Position numbers and translations under genes: made by a program. The notes below the pieces were generated by a model. It saw nothing but the letters and a program-made list of their open reading frames with translations. It was not told where the DNA came from and ran no database searches. From contig JADLGO010000021.1 in assembly GCA_020849275.1 (NCBI GenBank), positions 72,324 to 136,323 of the forward strand: 64,000 bases of DNA. Direction: 5' to 3'. Positions 9,882-18,651 of this stretch are shown here, piece after piece (the first letter of the stretch is position 1; every line of letters starts with the position of its first letter). The stretch comes from Chthonomonadales bacterium (lineage in GTDB: Bacteria > Armatimonadota > Chthonomonadetes > Chthonomonadales > CAJBBX01).

Positions 9882-10388
9882 ATGCAGTGCGACGAGGTAC
9901 GCAAGACCCTGCCCGACTTCGTCCGGGGTCGCCTGGACACACGGGCGAGCGAGCGCGTGCGGGGGCACATGGCCGACTGCAATGTGTGCCGCACCGACCT
10001 CGTGGTGGCGCGGCTGTTCGCGGCCTCGGGCGCGGAGGAGGTGCGCGTAAAGCCCGATGGCCCGGCGACCCGGCCTCTGGCGCGCGTCGCGCAGGCCATC
10101 CTGGTGCCGCTCCTGGAGGGCGATGCCGCCGAGGCGCGCATCGGCCGGGACCACGGCTCCGTGTGCATGTGGGTGCGGAACGGTGAGGAATGGCAGGAGC
10201 GCATGCGGATGCCGCCGCAGATGGAGCGCGCCCTGATGAGCTGGTTCCTGACGATGGCGGGCATGGAACCCGTGGCCGGCGCCGTGGGAACGCTTCGCGT
10301 GGGGTGGCGGGAGGGCATTCGCCACGTGACGGTGACGTTCGCGACAGCGGACGCGGGCGATGAGATTCGGTTGAGGGTTGCGGGCTGA
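9882..10388 (+). CDS. zf-HC2 (putative anti-sigma factor) domain protein, apparently soluble
   Basis: The N-terminus MQCDEVRKTLPDFVRGRLD...HMADCNVCRTDL matches the H-x3-C-x2-C zinc-finger anti-sigma signature. No TM helix is evident. Confidence 0.6.
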   Translation: MQCDEVRKTLPDFVRGRLDTRASERVRGHMADCNVCRTDLVVARLFAASGAEEVRVKPDGPATRPLARVAQAILVPLLEGDAAEARIGRDHGSVCMWVRNGEEWQERMRMPPQMERALMSWFLTMAGMEPVAGAVGTLRVGWREGIRHVTVTFATADAGDEIRLRVAG

Positions 10389-10437
10389 CGCTGGCGGGCG
10401 GCGCGGCCACACTGCGCGGCGCCACTGGGGGGGTGCG

Positions 10438-11697
10438 ATGAGAGTGCGCGTTCGCGCGGCCGTGGCCGCGCTGGTTCTGGCGACGCTGCTCGCGGCGCTC
10501 GGCTCGACGGCGATGGCCTTCGAGCTCCGCGCGGGCGACCGCGTCGTCTTCTACGGCGACAGCATAACAGATCAGCGGCTCTATACCACGTTCGTCGAGA
10601 CCTACGTCGTGACCCGTTTCCCGCGGATGCGCATCACGTTCACCCATTCGGGCTGGGGAGGCGATCGGGTGACCGGCGGCGGGGGCGGCCCGGTCGACCT
10701 GCGCCTGGCCCGCGACGTGCTTGCGTACCGGCCGACGATGCTCACCATCATGCTGGGCATGAACGACGCTGCGTACCGGGCGTTCGACCAGGGCGTCTTC
10801 GACACGTACGCACGCGGCCTGGAGCACATCGTCGAGCGCGCTAAGGCGGCGCTCCCGGGCGTGCGTATCACGCTGATCGAGCCCTCGCCGTTCGACGATG
10901 TGACGCGCAGGCCGACGTGGGACCCGGGCTACAACGCCGTCCTGCGCCGCTACGGCGAGTTCGTGGCGGACCTGGCGCGGCGCGACGGCCTGCTCCTGGC
11001 GGATCTGAACACGCCCGTCGTGGCGATGCTGGAGAAGGCGGACGCGGCCGACCACGAGCTTGCGCAGAAGCTGATTCCGGACCGCGTGCACCCGGGGCCC
11101 GGTGGCCAGCTCATCATGGCCGAGGCGCTGCTGAAGGCGTGGAATGCCCCCGCCCTGGTCTCCTCGGTCACTATCGACGCGGAGAGCCGACAGTCGGCGA
11201 GCGTCGGCGCGCGCGTGACCGGCCTCGAGGTCGACGACCGCGTGGCCTGGACGCAACTCGACGAGGCGCTCCCCATGCCGATCAACATGCAGGACCCGGC
11301 TGTCGCGCTGGCCGTGCGGTCCTCGGACTTCGTGCAGGCGTTGAACCAGCAGCCGCTGCGCGTGACGGGCCTGAGGGCGAGCCGCTACACGCTGCGCATC
11401 GACGACGAGGCGGTGGGGACCTTCGACCGCGAAGAACTGGACAAGGGGATCAACCTGGCCGTCCGCGCGACGCCGATGGCCAGGCAGGCGGCGGCGGTGC
11501 ACGCGCTGACGCTGCGCCACAACGACCTGCACTTCACGCGCTGGCGCGCGCTTCAGGTGCCGAACCAGGCCGCCCCGTCGGCGGCGATGCGCAGGGCGCT
11601 CGAGGCCATCGACGCGTGGGAGGCCGACCTGGTGCGCCAGCAGCGGGCGGCGGCGCAGCCCGTGCCCCATCGCTACGTGCTGACGCCGGGGGGGTAG
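10438..11697 (+). CDS. secreted SGNH/GDSL hydrolase with a C-terminal extra domain
   Basis: ORF trimmed to ATG 10438. Signal peptide MRVRVRAAVAALVLATLLAALGSTAMA. Block I FYGDSIT, block III LGMNDA, block V DRVHP. Confidence 0.75.
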   Translation: MRVRVRAAVAALVLATLLAALGSTAMAFELRAGDRVVFYGDSITDQRLYTTFVETYVVTRFPRMRITFTHSGWGGDRVTGGGGGPVDLRLARDVLAYRPTMLTIMLGMNDAAYRAFDQGVFDTYARGLEHIVERAKAALPGVRITLIEPSPFDDVTRRPTWDPGYNAVLRRYGEFVADLARRDGLLLADLNTPVVAMLEKADAADHELAQKLIPDRVHPGPGGQLIMAEALLKAWNAPALVSSVTIDAESRQSASVGARVTGLEVDDRVAWTQLDEALPMPINMQDPAVALAVRSSDFVQALNQQPLRVTGLRASRYTLRIDDEAVGTFDREELDKGINLAVRATPMARQAAAVHALTLRHNDLHFTRWRALQVPNQAAPSAAMRRALEAIDAWEADLVRQQRAAAQPVPHRYVLTPGG

Positions 11698-11716
11698 GGA
11701 GTCGCCGCGCGCGACG

Positions 11717-12580
11717 TCAGCCCTTGAGCGCCTCGGCGCCGCCCACGATCTCCGATATCTCCTTCGTGATAGCCGCCTGGCGCGCACGGTTCAGCGTGAG
11801 CGTCAGGCCGCTGATCATCTTGCCGGCGTTGTCGGTCGCGGAGCTCATCGAGGTCATCCGGGCGCCATGCTCGCTGGCAAAGGATTCCAGCAGCGCCTGG
11901 TAGATCTGGGTCGTGAGATAGCGGGGCAGCATCACGCCGAGCAACTCCCGCGGTCCGGGCTCGAAGATCGTCTCCTCGGGCGTGCCGCCCTCCTCGCCGG
12001 CCACGGGCTCGATCGGGAGGAGCTTGACGGCCCGCGGTCGCTGCGTGATGGCTGTCACGAACTCGGTGAACACGACCTGGAGCTCGTCGAACTCGCCCTG
12101 TTCGAAGCGAGCCGTCATGTCCCGCGCGAGCTCCACCGCCTCGCCGTGGCTCAGGGCGTTGGCGTTGATGGCCGGCGAGGCCACGACGGCATATCCGCGG
12201 CGGCGGAAGAAGGCGTTTCCTTTGCGCCCGATCACGTAGAGCCGAACGTCGCGGCCCTCCTGCTGCGTGGCGAGCTCGACGGCCAGACGGATGACGGCCG
12301 AGTTGTACCCTCCGCACATGCCGCGGTCGGCGGTGACGATCAGGATACCGACGGTGGACACGGGCCTCTGCTCAAGCAGTGGGTGCTGGGCGGCGTCGCC
12401 GACCGCCCCGGCCAGACGCTCAACCACCTCGCGCATGCGTTCGGCGAAGGGGCGCGCGGCTTGAACGCGGTCCTGAGCGCGCTTGAGCCGCGCGACGGCG
12501 ACCATCTTCATCGCCTTGGTGATCTGCTGAATGTTCTTCGCGACCCGGATGCGCGAGCGGATCTGCCGCATGGTTGCCAT
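11717..12580 (-). CDS. atpG: F0F1 ATP synthase subunit gamma
   Basis: MATMRQIRSRIRVAKNIQQITKAMKMVAVARL at the N-terminus and ITKEISEIVGGAEAL at the C-terminus are canonical gamma termini. Confidence 0.95.
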   Translation of the reverse strand: MATMRQIRSRIRVAKNIQQITKAMKMVAVARLKRAQDRVQAARPFAERMREVVERLAGAVGDAAQHPLLEQRPVSTVGILIVTADRGMCGGYNSAVIRLAVELATQQEGRDVRLYVIGRKGNAFFRRRGYAVVASPAINANALSHGEAVELARDMTARFEQGEFDELQVVFTEFVTAITQRPRAVKLLPIEPVAGEEGGTPEETIFEPGPRELLGVMLPRYLTTQIYQALLESFASEHGARMTSMSSATDNAGKMISGLTLTLNRARQAAITKEISEIVGGAEALKG

Positions 12581-12629
12581 TCGGTCTGCGTTGCCTCCCG
12601 ATGCCGAGCGAAGGGTGAAACCCGCAGGC

Positions 12630-12659
12630 AGTATACCGCATCGGGCCCGGCCCGGTCCG
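12630..12659 (-). promoter_or_regulatory. candidate atpG promoter (-10 TATACT, weak -35 CGGACC)
   Basis: TATACT is the reverse complement of 12630-12635. A GACC-containing -35 lies 17-18 nt upstream, and a GGGAGG SD precedes ATG 12580. The site lies downstream of the prx hairpin. Confidence 0.35.
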
Positions 12660-12688
12660 CCGCGCGCATAGCAACGAGCACGGCTAGT

Positions 12689-12725
12689 GAGCGCGGGACC
12701 GGCGCGGCGCGCCGGTCCCGCGCTC
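12689..12725 (-). terminator. perfect 18-bp-arm GC palindrome after the peroxiredoxin gene (terminator-like, no U-tract)
   Basis: GAGCGCGGGACCGGCGCG-g-CGCGCCGGTCCCGCGCTC, about 20 nt past the prx stop (12746). Confidence 0.5.
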
Positions 12726-12745
12726 GTCCCCTCGGGCGTCGCCCC

Positions 12746-13402
12746 TCACAACTCCTTGCGCGCGAAGTACCAGTCCCTGGTCTCGAAGCCCTCGCCGATG
12801 CGCTTCTCAGCGTCCTGCTGCGTAACCGGCGGCTTAACGATGACCGGTTGGCCCGGACGCCAGTTGGCGGGAGTCACGACGTTCCGCGCGTCGTGGGTCT
12901 GGAGCGCGTCCAGCAGCCGCAGGATCTCGTCAATGTTGCGCCCGTTGGTGAGTGGGTAGTAGAGCATCGCGCGCACCACGCGCTTGTCGTCGATCAGGAA
13001 GACGCAGCGGACGGTGGCGGTGGACTCGGCGCCGGGGTGAATCATTCCGTAGAGCTGTGCGACCTTCGTACTGAGGTCGGCGATCACGGGGAAGGGTACC
13101 CTGACACCGAAGTGCTCCTCGATGTTGCGAACCCAGGCGATGTGCGCGTAGACGCTGTCGATGGAGAGCCCGATGAGCTGCGTGTTGCGCTTCTCGAACT
13201 CAGGGTTCAGGCGAGCGAGCTCCACGAACTCCGTGGTGCATACGGGGGTGAAGTCCGCCGGGTGCGAGAAGAGGACGACCCACTTTCCGGCATAGCCGGA
13301 GAGCGTGATGGGCCCCTGCGTGGTCGTGGCGGAGAAGTCCGGCGCTGGCTCGTTGAGCCGGACAAGGCCAGGAGACAGCGGGGCGGCCGTGGCTTCAGTC
13401 AT
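12746..13402 (-). CDS. peroxiredoxin (1-Cys/Prx6-like AhpC/TSA family)
   Basis: ORF trimmed to ATG 13402 with an AAGGAGG SD. Contains PAPDFSATTTQG, WVVLFSHPADFTPVCTTE (peroxidatic Cys) and a Prx6-like C-terminal domain. Confidence 0.9.
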   Translation of the reverse strand: MTEATAAPLSPGLVRLNEPAPDFSATTTQGPITLSGYAGKWVVLFSHPADFTPVCTTEFVELARLNPEFEKRNTQLIGLSIDSVYAHIAWVRNIEEHFGVRVPFPVIADLSTKVAQLYGMIHPGAESTATVRCVFLIDDKRVVRAMLYYPLTNGRNIDEILRLLDALQTHDARNVVTPANWRPGQPVIVKPPVTQQDAEKRIGEGFETRDWYFARKEL

Positions 13403-13522
13403 CTCGGGAGCCTCCTTTCGGTCCGATCTGGCGCCGTCGTGAGCGCCCGTGCGGGCGGCGGAACCGCCTGCATGCCGCAAGGGGCGGCCGGGCTGCGCGC
13501 ATCATGACCTACCTGATCTCGC

Positions 13523-13552
13523 ATTATAGTGTTGGCCGCCGCACGAAGTCAA
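13523..13552 (-). promoter_or_regulatory. near-consensus sigma-70 promoter for the peroxiredoxin gene (TTGACT-18 nt-TATAAT)
   Basis: TTGACT is the reverse complement of 13547-13552 and TATAAT is the reverse complement of 13523-13528. The leader to ATG 13402 is about 114 nt. Confidence 0.55.
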
Positions 13553-13663
13553 CGGCGTCGCCGCCCGGCAGGATCGGCGGTCATCCGCGCGTAATAGGCA
13601 AGCAGACGCGCCGGCGTTCGGACCGCGCGGCCGGCGCGCCTGGACGAGGCTGGAGACACAGGC

Positions 13664-14482
13664 TTGGTCAACGCCCGCAGGTCGGCGCGCGAGCTCGCGC
13701 TACGCATTCTGTACCAGATCGACGTCGGCCGGCAGTCGGTGCCGGAGGCGTTCAGTGGCGCGCTCGAACAGATCCGAATCGCCGTCGACAATCCGGTGCG
13801 CCAGATCGCCGAGGACTCGCTCACCGCCCTCCTCCAGGCAGCCGCCTCGCTCTCGGACGGTTTCTCCACGACGGCCTCCCGGCAGGTGAAGGCGGGCGCG
13901 CGCTCGGCCGGAACGGCCTTGCGGCGGCTTGCCGATGTCTGCGCTGAGGAGGGGCGGCGGGCGATGCTGGCGGATGGGCCCGGGCAGGTGCAGGACGCCG
14001 AAACGCGTTCCCGCGCGGCGCTCGCCGAGGCGAAGGTGGCGCTACAGCGGCTTGCCGTTGGAGATCCCGTGGTCGGCCGTGCGCTGGAGTCCATTGCCTC
14101 GCTGGGGAACCGGCGCGCCGCGCAGATCGAGCAGGTGTTCCGCAAGCACCTCGGGCCCTCGGTCGCCTCGGCAGCCTTCGCCCGCGCGCTCGTAGGCGGA
14201 GTGCTCGCCCATGGCGAGGAGATCGACGCGAGGCTCGCGGCGCTGTCCACCGGATGGGCACTCGAGCGGCAGGCGGCCGTCGACCGCAACATCATGCGCC
14301 TGGCCGCCTACGAGATGCTCTACGTGCCCGAGATTCCGATGGGGGCGTCGATCAACGAAGCCATCGAGATGGCGAAGAAGTACAGCACGGACGAGTCCGG
14401 GCGGTTCGTCAACGGTGTGCTCGGCACTCTGGCCGGGCAACTCGACAGGCCGGGAGGAGCGGGTGAGGGCGCGGATACTTGA
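13664..14482 (+). CDS. nusB: transcription antitermination factor NusB with a large internal insertion
   Basis: TTG start. The N-terminal ARELALRILYQIDV and the C-terminal ERQAAVDRNIMRLAAYEMLY...INEAIEMAKKYSTDESGRFVNGVLGTLA are canonical NusB. At 272 aa it is roughly twice the usual length. Confidence 0.8.
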   Translation: MVNARRSARELALRILYQIDVGRQSVPEAFSGALEQIRIAVDNPVRQIAEDSLTALLQAAASLSDGFSTTASRQVKAGARSAGTALRRLADVCAEEGRRAMLADGPGQVQDAETRSRAALAEAKVALQRLAVGDPVVGRALESIASLGNRRAAQIEQVFRKHLGPSVASAAFARALVGGVLAHGEEIDARLAALSTGWALERQAAVDRNIMRLAAYEMLYVPEIPMGASINEAIEMAKKYSTDESGRFVNGVLGTLAGQLDRPGGAGEGADT

Positions 14483-15344
14483 CGGGCAGGCCACGGCGCG
14501 CGACGTGCGGGCGGAGGTGAAGGAGGCCGTTGCGCGGCTGCGCGCCGAGCACGGCGTAGCTCCGTGCCTGACCGCCGTGCTCGCCGGCGACGATCCGGCC
14601 TCGGCGGCCTACGTCGCCATGAAGCGCAAGGCGTGCGGCTGGGTCGGCGTTGACTCCCGAGTCGAGACCCTGGCGGCGGACGTGTCGCAGGCCCAGGTCG
14701 AGGCGATCATCGATCGGCTGAACGCCGATAGGGCGGTCGATGGCGTCCTCGTGCAGCACCCGCTGCCCCGTCACCTCGACGAGAGCGCCATCCTCGCGCG
14801 GCTGAGCCCCGGCAAGGACGTGGACGGCATCTCGCAGTCCAGTCTGGGCGCGCTGGTGGCCGGGCGCGCCGGCTTCCTCTCGTGCACGCCGTTCGGCATC
14901 ATGGTGCTCCTCGAGCGCCACGGCATCGCGCTGAGCGGCCAGCGCGCGGTCGTGATCGGGCGCAGCATCATCCTGGGCAAGCCGATGGCGCTGATGCTGC
15001 TGCGCGCGGACGCCACGGTCACGGTGTGCCACAGCCGCACGCGCGATCTTCCCGCCATCGTGCGCGAGGGCGACATCGTGGTGGCCGCGGTCGGGCGCCC
15101 GGAGATGGTTCGCGGTGACTGGCTGAAGCCGGGCGCCGTGCTCGTGGATGCCGGCTACAACCGGGTGGAGGGCCGCGAGGGCGATGTGGGCGACGCGCAC
15201 TTCGAATCGTGCAGCGTCGTGGCCTCCTGGATTACGCCCGTTCCCGGGGGCGTCGGCCCGATGACCATCGCCATGCTCCTGCGCAACACGCTGGAGGCGG
15301 CGCGGGCGCGCGCGGGCGCGCGCTCCACGGGCGGCGATGGGTAG
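14463..15344 (+). CDS. folD: bifunctional methylenetetrahydrofolate dehydrogenase/cyclohydrolase
   Basis: GTG 14463 is in frame with ORF 14211..15344 and overlaps the nusB stop. Starts (M)RARILDGQATARDV, followed by VGDDPAS-like, HPLP, GKPM and ITPVPGGVGPMT motifs. Confidence 0.9.
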   Translation: MRARILDGQATARDVRAEVKEAVARLRAEHGVAPCLTAVLAGDDPASAAYVAMKRKACGWVGVDSRVETLAADVSQAQVEAIIDRLNADRAVDGVLVQHPLPRHLDESAILARLSPGKDVDGISQSSLGALVAGRAGFLSCTPFGIMVLLERHGIALSGQRAVVIGRSIILGKPMALMLLRADATVTVCHSRTRDLPAIVREGDIVVAAVGRPEMVRGDWLKPGAVLVDAGYNRVEGREGDVGDAHFESCSVVASWITPVPGGVGPMTIAMLLRNTLEAARARAGARSTGGDG

Positions 15345-16191
15345 CCGCTACCTCACGGCGGAGTTCTGGCAGCACCTGGCGCAGGAGACGACGCGCTCCG
15401 TCACCTCGAGCGGCGTCCACATTCTGGTGGTGCTCGCGCTCTACTTCGCGGCGCAAACGACACTCAACCGCCTCATCGACGCCACGCTCACGCGGCTCGT
15501 GGCCCGCGAGGGGGCCGGCCGCCAGGGCGAGCGCGCCGCCCGCCTCCTAACCCTTCAGGGGCTCGTCAAGAGCATCGTCGGCTACGTGCTCTTCTTCGTG
15601 GCGGCGGTCATGGTGGTGGACGCGCTCGGCGTCAACGTCACGGGGCTGCTCACCACGGCGGGGATCGGCGGCCTGGCCATCGGGTTCGGGGCGCAGCGCC
15701 TCGTGCGCGACGTGATCTCGGGCTTTTTCCTCATCATGGAGGACCAGTTCGCGGTCGGCGACTACGTGACCATCGGCCCGGCGACCGGCGTGGTGGTGGA
15801 GCTCGGGATGCGGATCACTCGGCTACATGATGACCTCGGGCGCGTGTGGGTGCTGGCCAACGGCGACATCAGCGCCGTCACCAACCACTCGCGCGGTCCG
15901 ACGATCTCGTACGTGGACGTGTCGGTGCCGATCGCGGCGAACCTGGCGCGGGCGCGAGAGGCCATCGACGCCGTGGGTCGGGACCTGCACGCGGAGCGGC
16001 CCTCGGCGCTCCTGGAGCCTCCAGGGGTGATGGGCGTGGCGGCTTTCGACAGCGCCCAGACGACGCTTCGGGTGGGCCTCGCCGCGGACCCCCGCACGGT
16101 CCCGGTCGAGCAACTCCGCCTGCGCGACGCGATTCGGGCGCGGTTCGTGGAGGAGGGCATCCTCTCGCGCCCGGAGGAGGGGGACGGATGA
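15337..16191 (+). CDS. mechanosensitive ion channel (MscS family)
   Basis: Three N-terminal TM helices followed by GAQRLVRDVISGFFLIMEDQFAVGDYV, the conserved MscS pore/beta-domain junction. Confidence 0.85.
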   Translation: MGSRYLTAEFWQHLAQETTRSVTSSGVHILVVLALYFAAQTTLNRLIDATLTRLVAREGAGRQGERAARLLTLQGLVKSIVGYVLFFVAAVMVVDALGVNVTGLLTTAGIGGLAIGFGAQRLVRDVISGFFLIMEDQFAVGDYVTIGPATGVVVELGMRITRLHDDLGRVWVLANGDISAVTNHSRGPTISYVDVSVPIAANLARAREAIDAVGRDLHAERPSALLEPPGVMGVAAFDSAQTTLRVGLAADPRTVPVEQLRLRDAIRARFVEEGILSRPEEGDG

Positions 16192-16634
16192 GCTTCCGCA
16201 TTCGCCTCAAGGGCAGCACGCCGGTCGCCCTGGACGATGTCGACTCCTATTTGAGCAGCCTCCCAGGCCTCCATCGCGAGGCCGACACCTACGTGTACGC
16301 TGACGAGGAGAGCGTCTCGCTCGTGATGACCCCGTCCGCGGTGGACGGCCGGGTAGAGCACCTGGACGTCGAGGTCCCGGTGAGCGTCAGCGCGCCGACG
16401 GCGGAGCGCCTCGCGGAGTTCATCGCGGGGCTCGCGCGCCGGTTCCGCTGGCAGATTCGCGAGGTGGGCCGCCACGCGCTGCTCACGGAGGACGACGTGC
16501 GCCGGCGCGCCAGCGGCAGCGCGGGGCTCGCGGCCGCCGCGGCCGGCTGCCTTGGGCGCGCGGGGCTGCTTACCATCGCGGCGGCCGGCGGGTGTTTCGC
16601 CACGCTCTTGATAGCGCGCGCCCTTACCTGCTAA
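16188..16634 (+). CDS. hypothetical protein with a C-terminal TM anchor
   Basis: ATG 16188 overlaps the mscS stop (ATGA). Composition is coherent and non-Arg-rich in the first 100 aa. No family recognised. Confidence 0.45.
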   Translation: MSFRIRLKGSTPVALDDVDSYLSSLPGLHREADTYVYADEESVSLVMTPSAVDGRVEHLDVEVPVSVSAPTAERLAEFIAGLARRFRWQIREVGRHALLTEDDVRRRASGSAGLAAAAAGCLGRAGLLTIAAAGGCFATLLIARALTC

Positions 16635-16637
16635 ACT
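16608..16637 (+). promoter_or_regulatory. candidate atpD-atpC promoter (TTGATA-18 nt-TAAACT)
   Basis: TTGATA at 16608-16613 and TAAACT at 16632-16637. A 9-bp GC hairpin (GCGCGGCGC-gccag-GCGCCGCGC) sits in the leader, and AAGGAG precedes ATG 16721. Confidence 0.4.
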
Positions 16638-16705
16638 GAGAGCACCGTCTTCGTGAACGATCGCACAGACGCGCGGCGCGCCAGGCGCCGCGCGCCCTGC
16701 CGTAA

Positions 16706-18121
<1,416 letters not shown>

Positions 18122-18145
18122 CCGCGGGCGCGGCAGGGGCACGGC

Positions 18146-18556
18146 ATGGCAACGTTCCATCTAGAGCTAGTGACGCCGGATCGCGTGGTCTTTTCGGACC
18201 GCGTCCGCTCGGTGCGCGTCCCCGGCATCGAGGGCGCGCTCGGGGTGATGGCCGGTCACGCGCCGCTGATGACGGCGCTCGCAGTTGGACCGGTGAAGGT
18301 CGAGTTCGAGAACGGTGACATCGAGTTCATCGCGACGAGCGGCGGGTTCGTGGATGTCGGCCGCAACCGCGTGACCGTCCTCACCGACACCGCCGAGCGA
18401 GCCGACGACATCGACGTGGTGCGGGTTGAGGAGGCCATCGCCCGCGCCCGCCTGGCCCTTGCAGGCGGCGGTACCGAGAGCTACGAGCGAGCGCACGAGT
18501 CGCTGGAGCGGGCCACCAATCGGCTGCGCGTGGTCCAGATGCGCGAGCACCCGTAG
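18146..18556 (+). CDS. atpC: F0F1 ATP synthase subunit epsilon
   Basis: MATFHLELVTPDRVVFSD...GVMAGHAPLMTAL is a typical epsilon N-terminal beta-sandwich. The gene is immediately downstream of atpD. Confidence 0.9.
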   Translation: MATFHLELVTPDRVVFSDRVRSVRVPGIEGALGVMAGHAPLMTALAVGPVKVEFENGDIEFIATSGGFVDVGRNRVTVLTDTAERADDIDVVRVEEAIARARLALAGGGTESYERAHESLERATNRLRVVQMREHP

Positions 18557-18589
18557 GGGGCCGGCCGGGGCGCCGTCGGCGCAACGAGC

Positions 18590-18627
18590 AACCGCCCTGC
18601 CTCCACGGTCGTGGAGGCAGGGCGGTT
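18590..18627. terminator. bidirectional stem-loop between convergent atpC and the secretin gene
   Basis: AACCGCCCTGCCTCCAC-ggtc-GTGGAGGCAGGGCGGTT gives a perfect 17-bp stem, flanked by a weak T-rich run. Confidence 0.6.
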
Positions 18628-18651
18628 CTCTGTGCCCCGGTCGGCGCAGGG

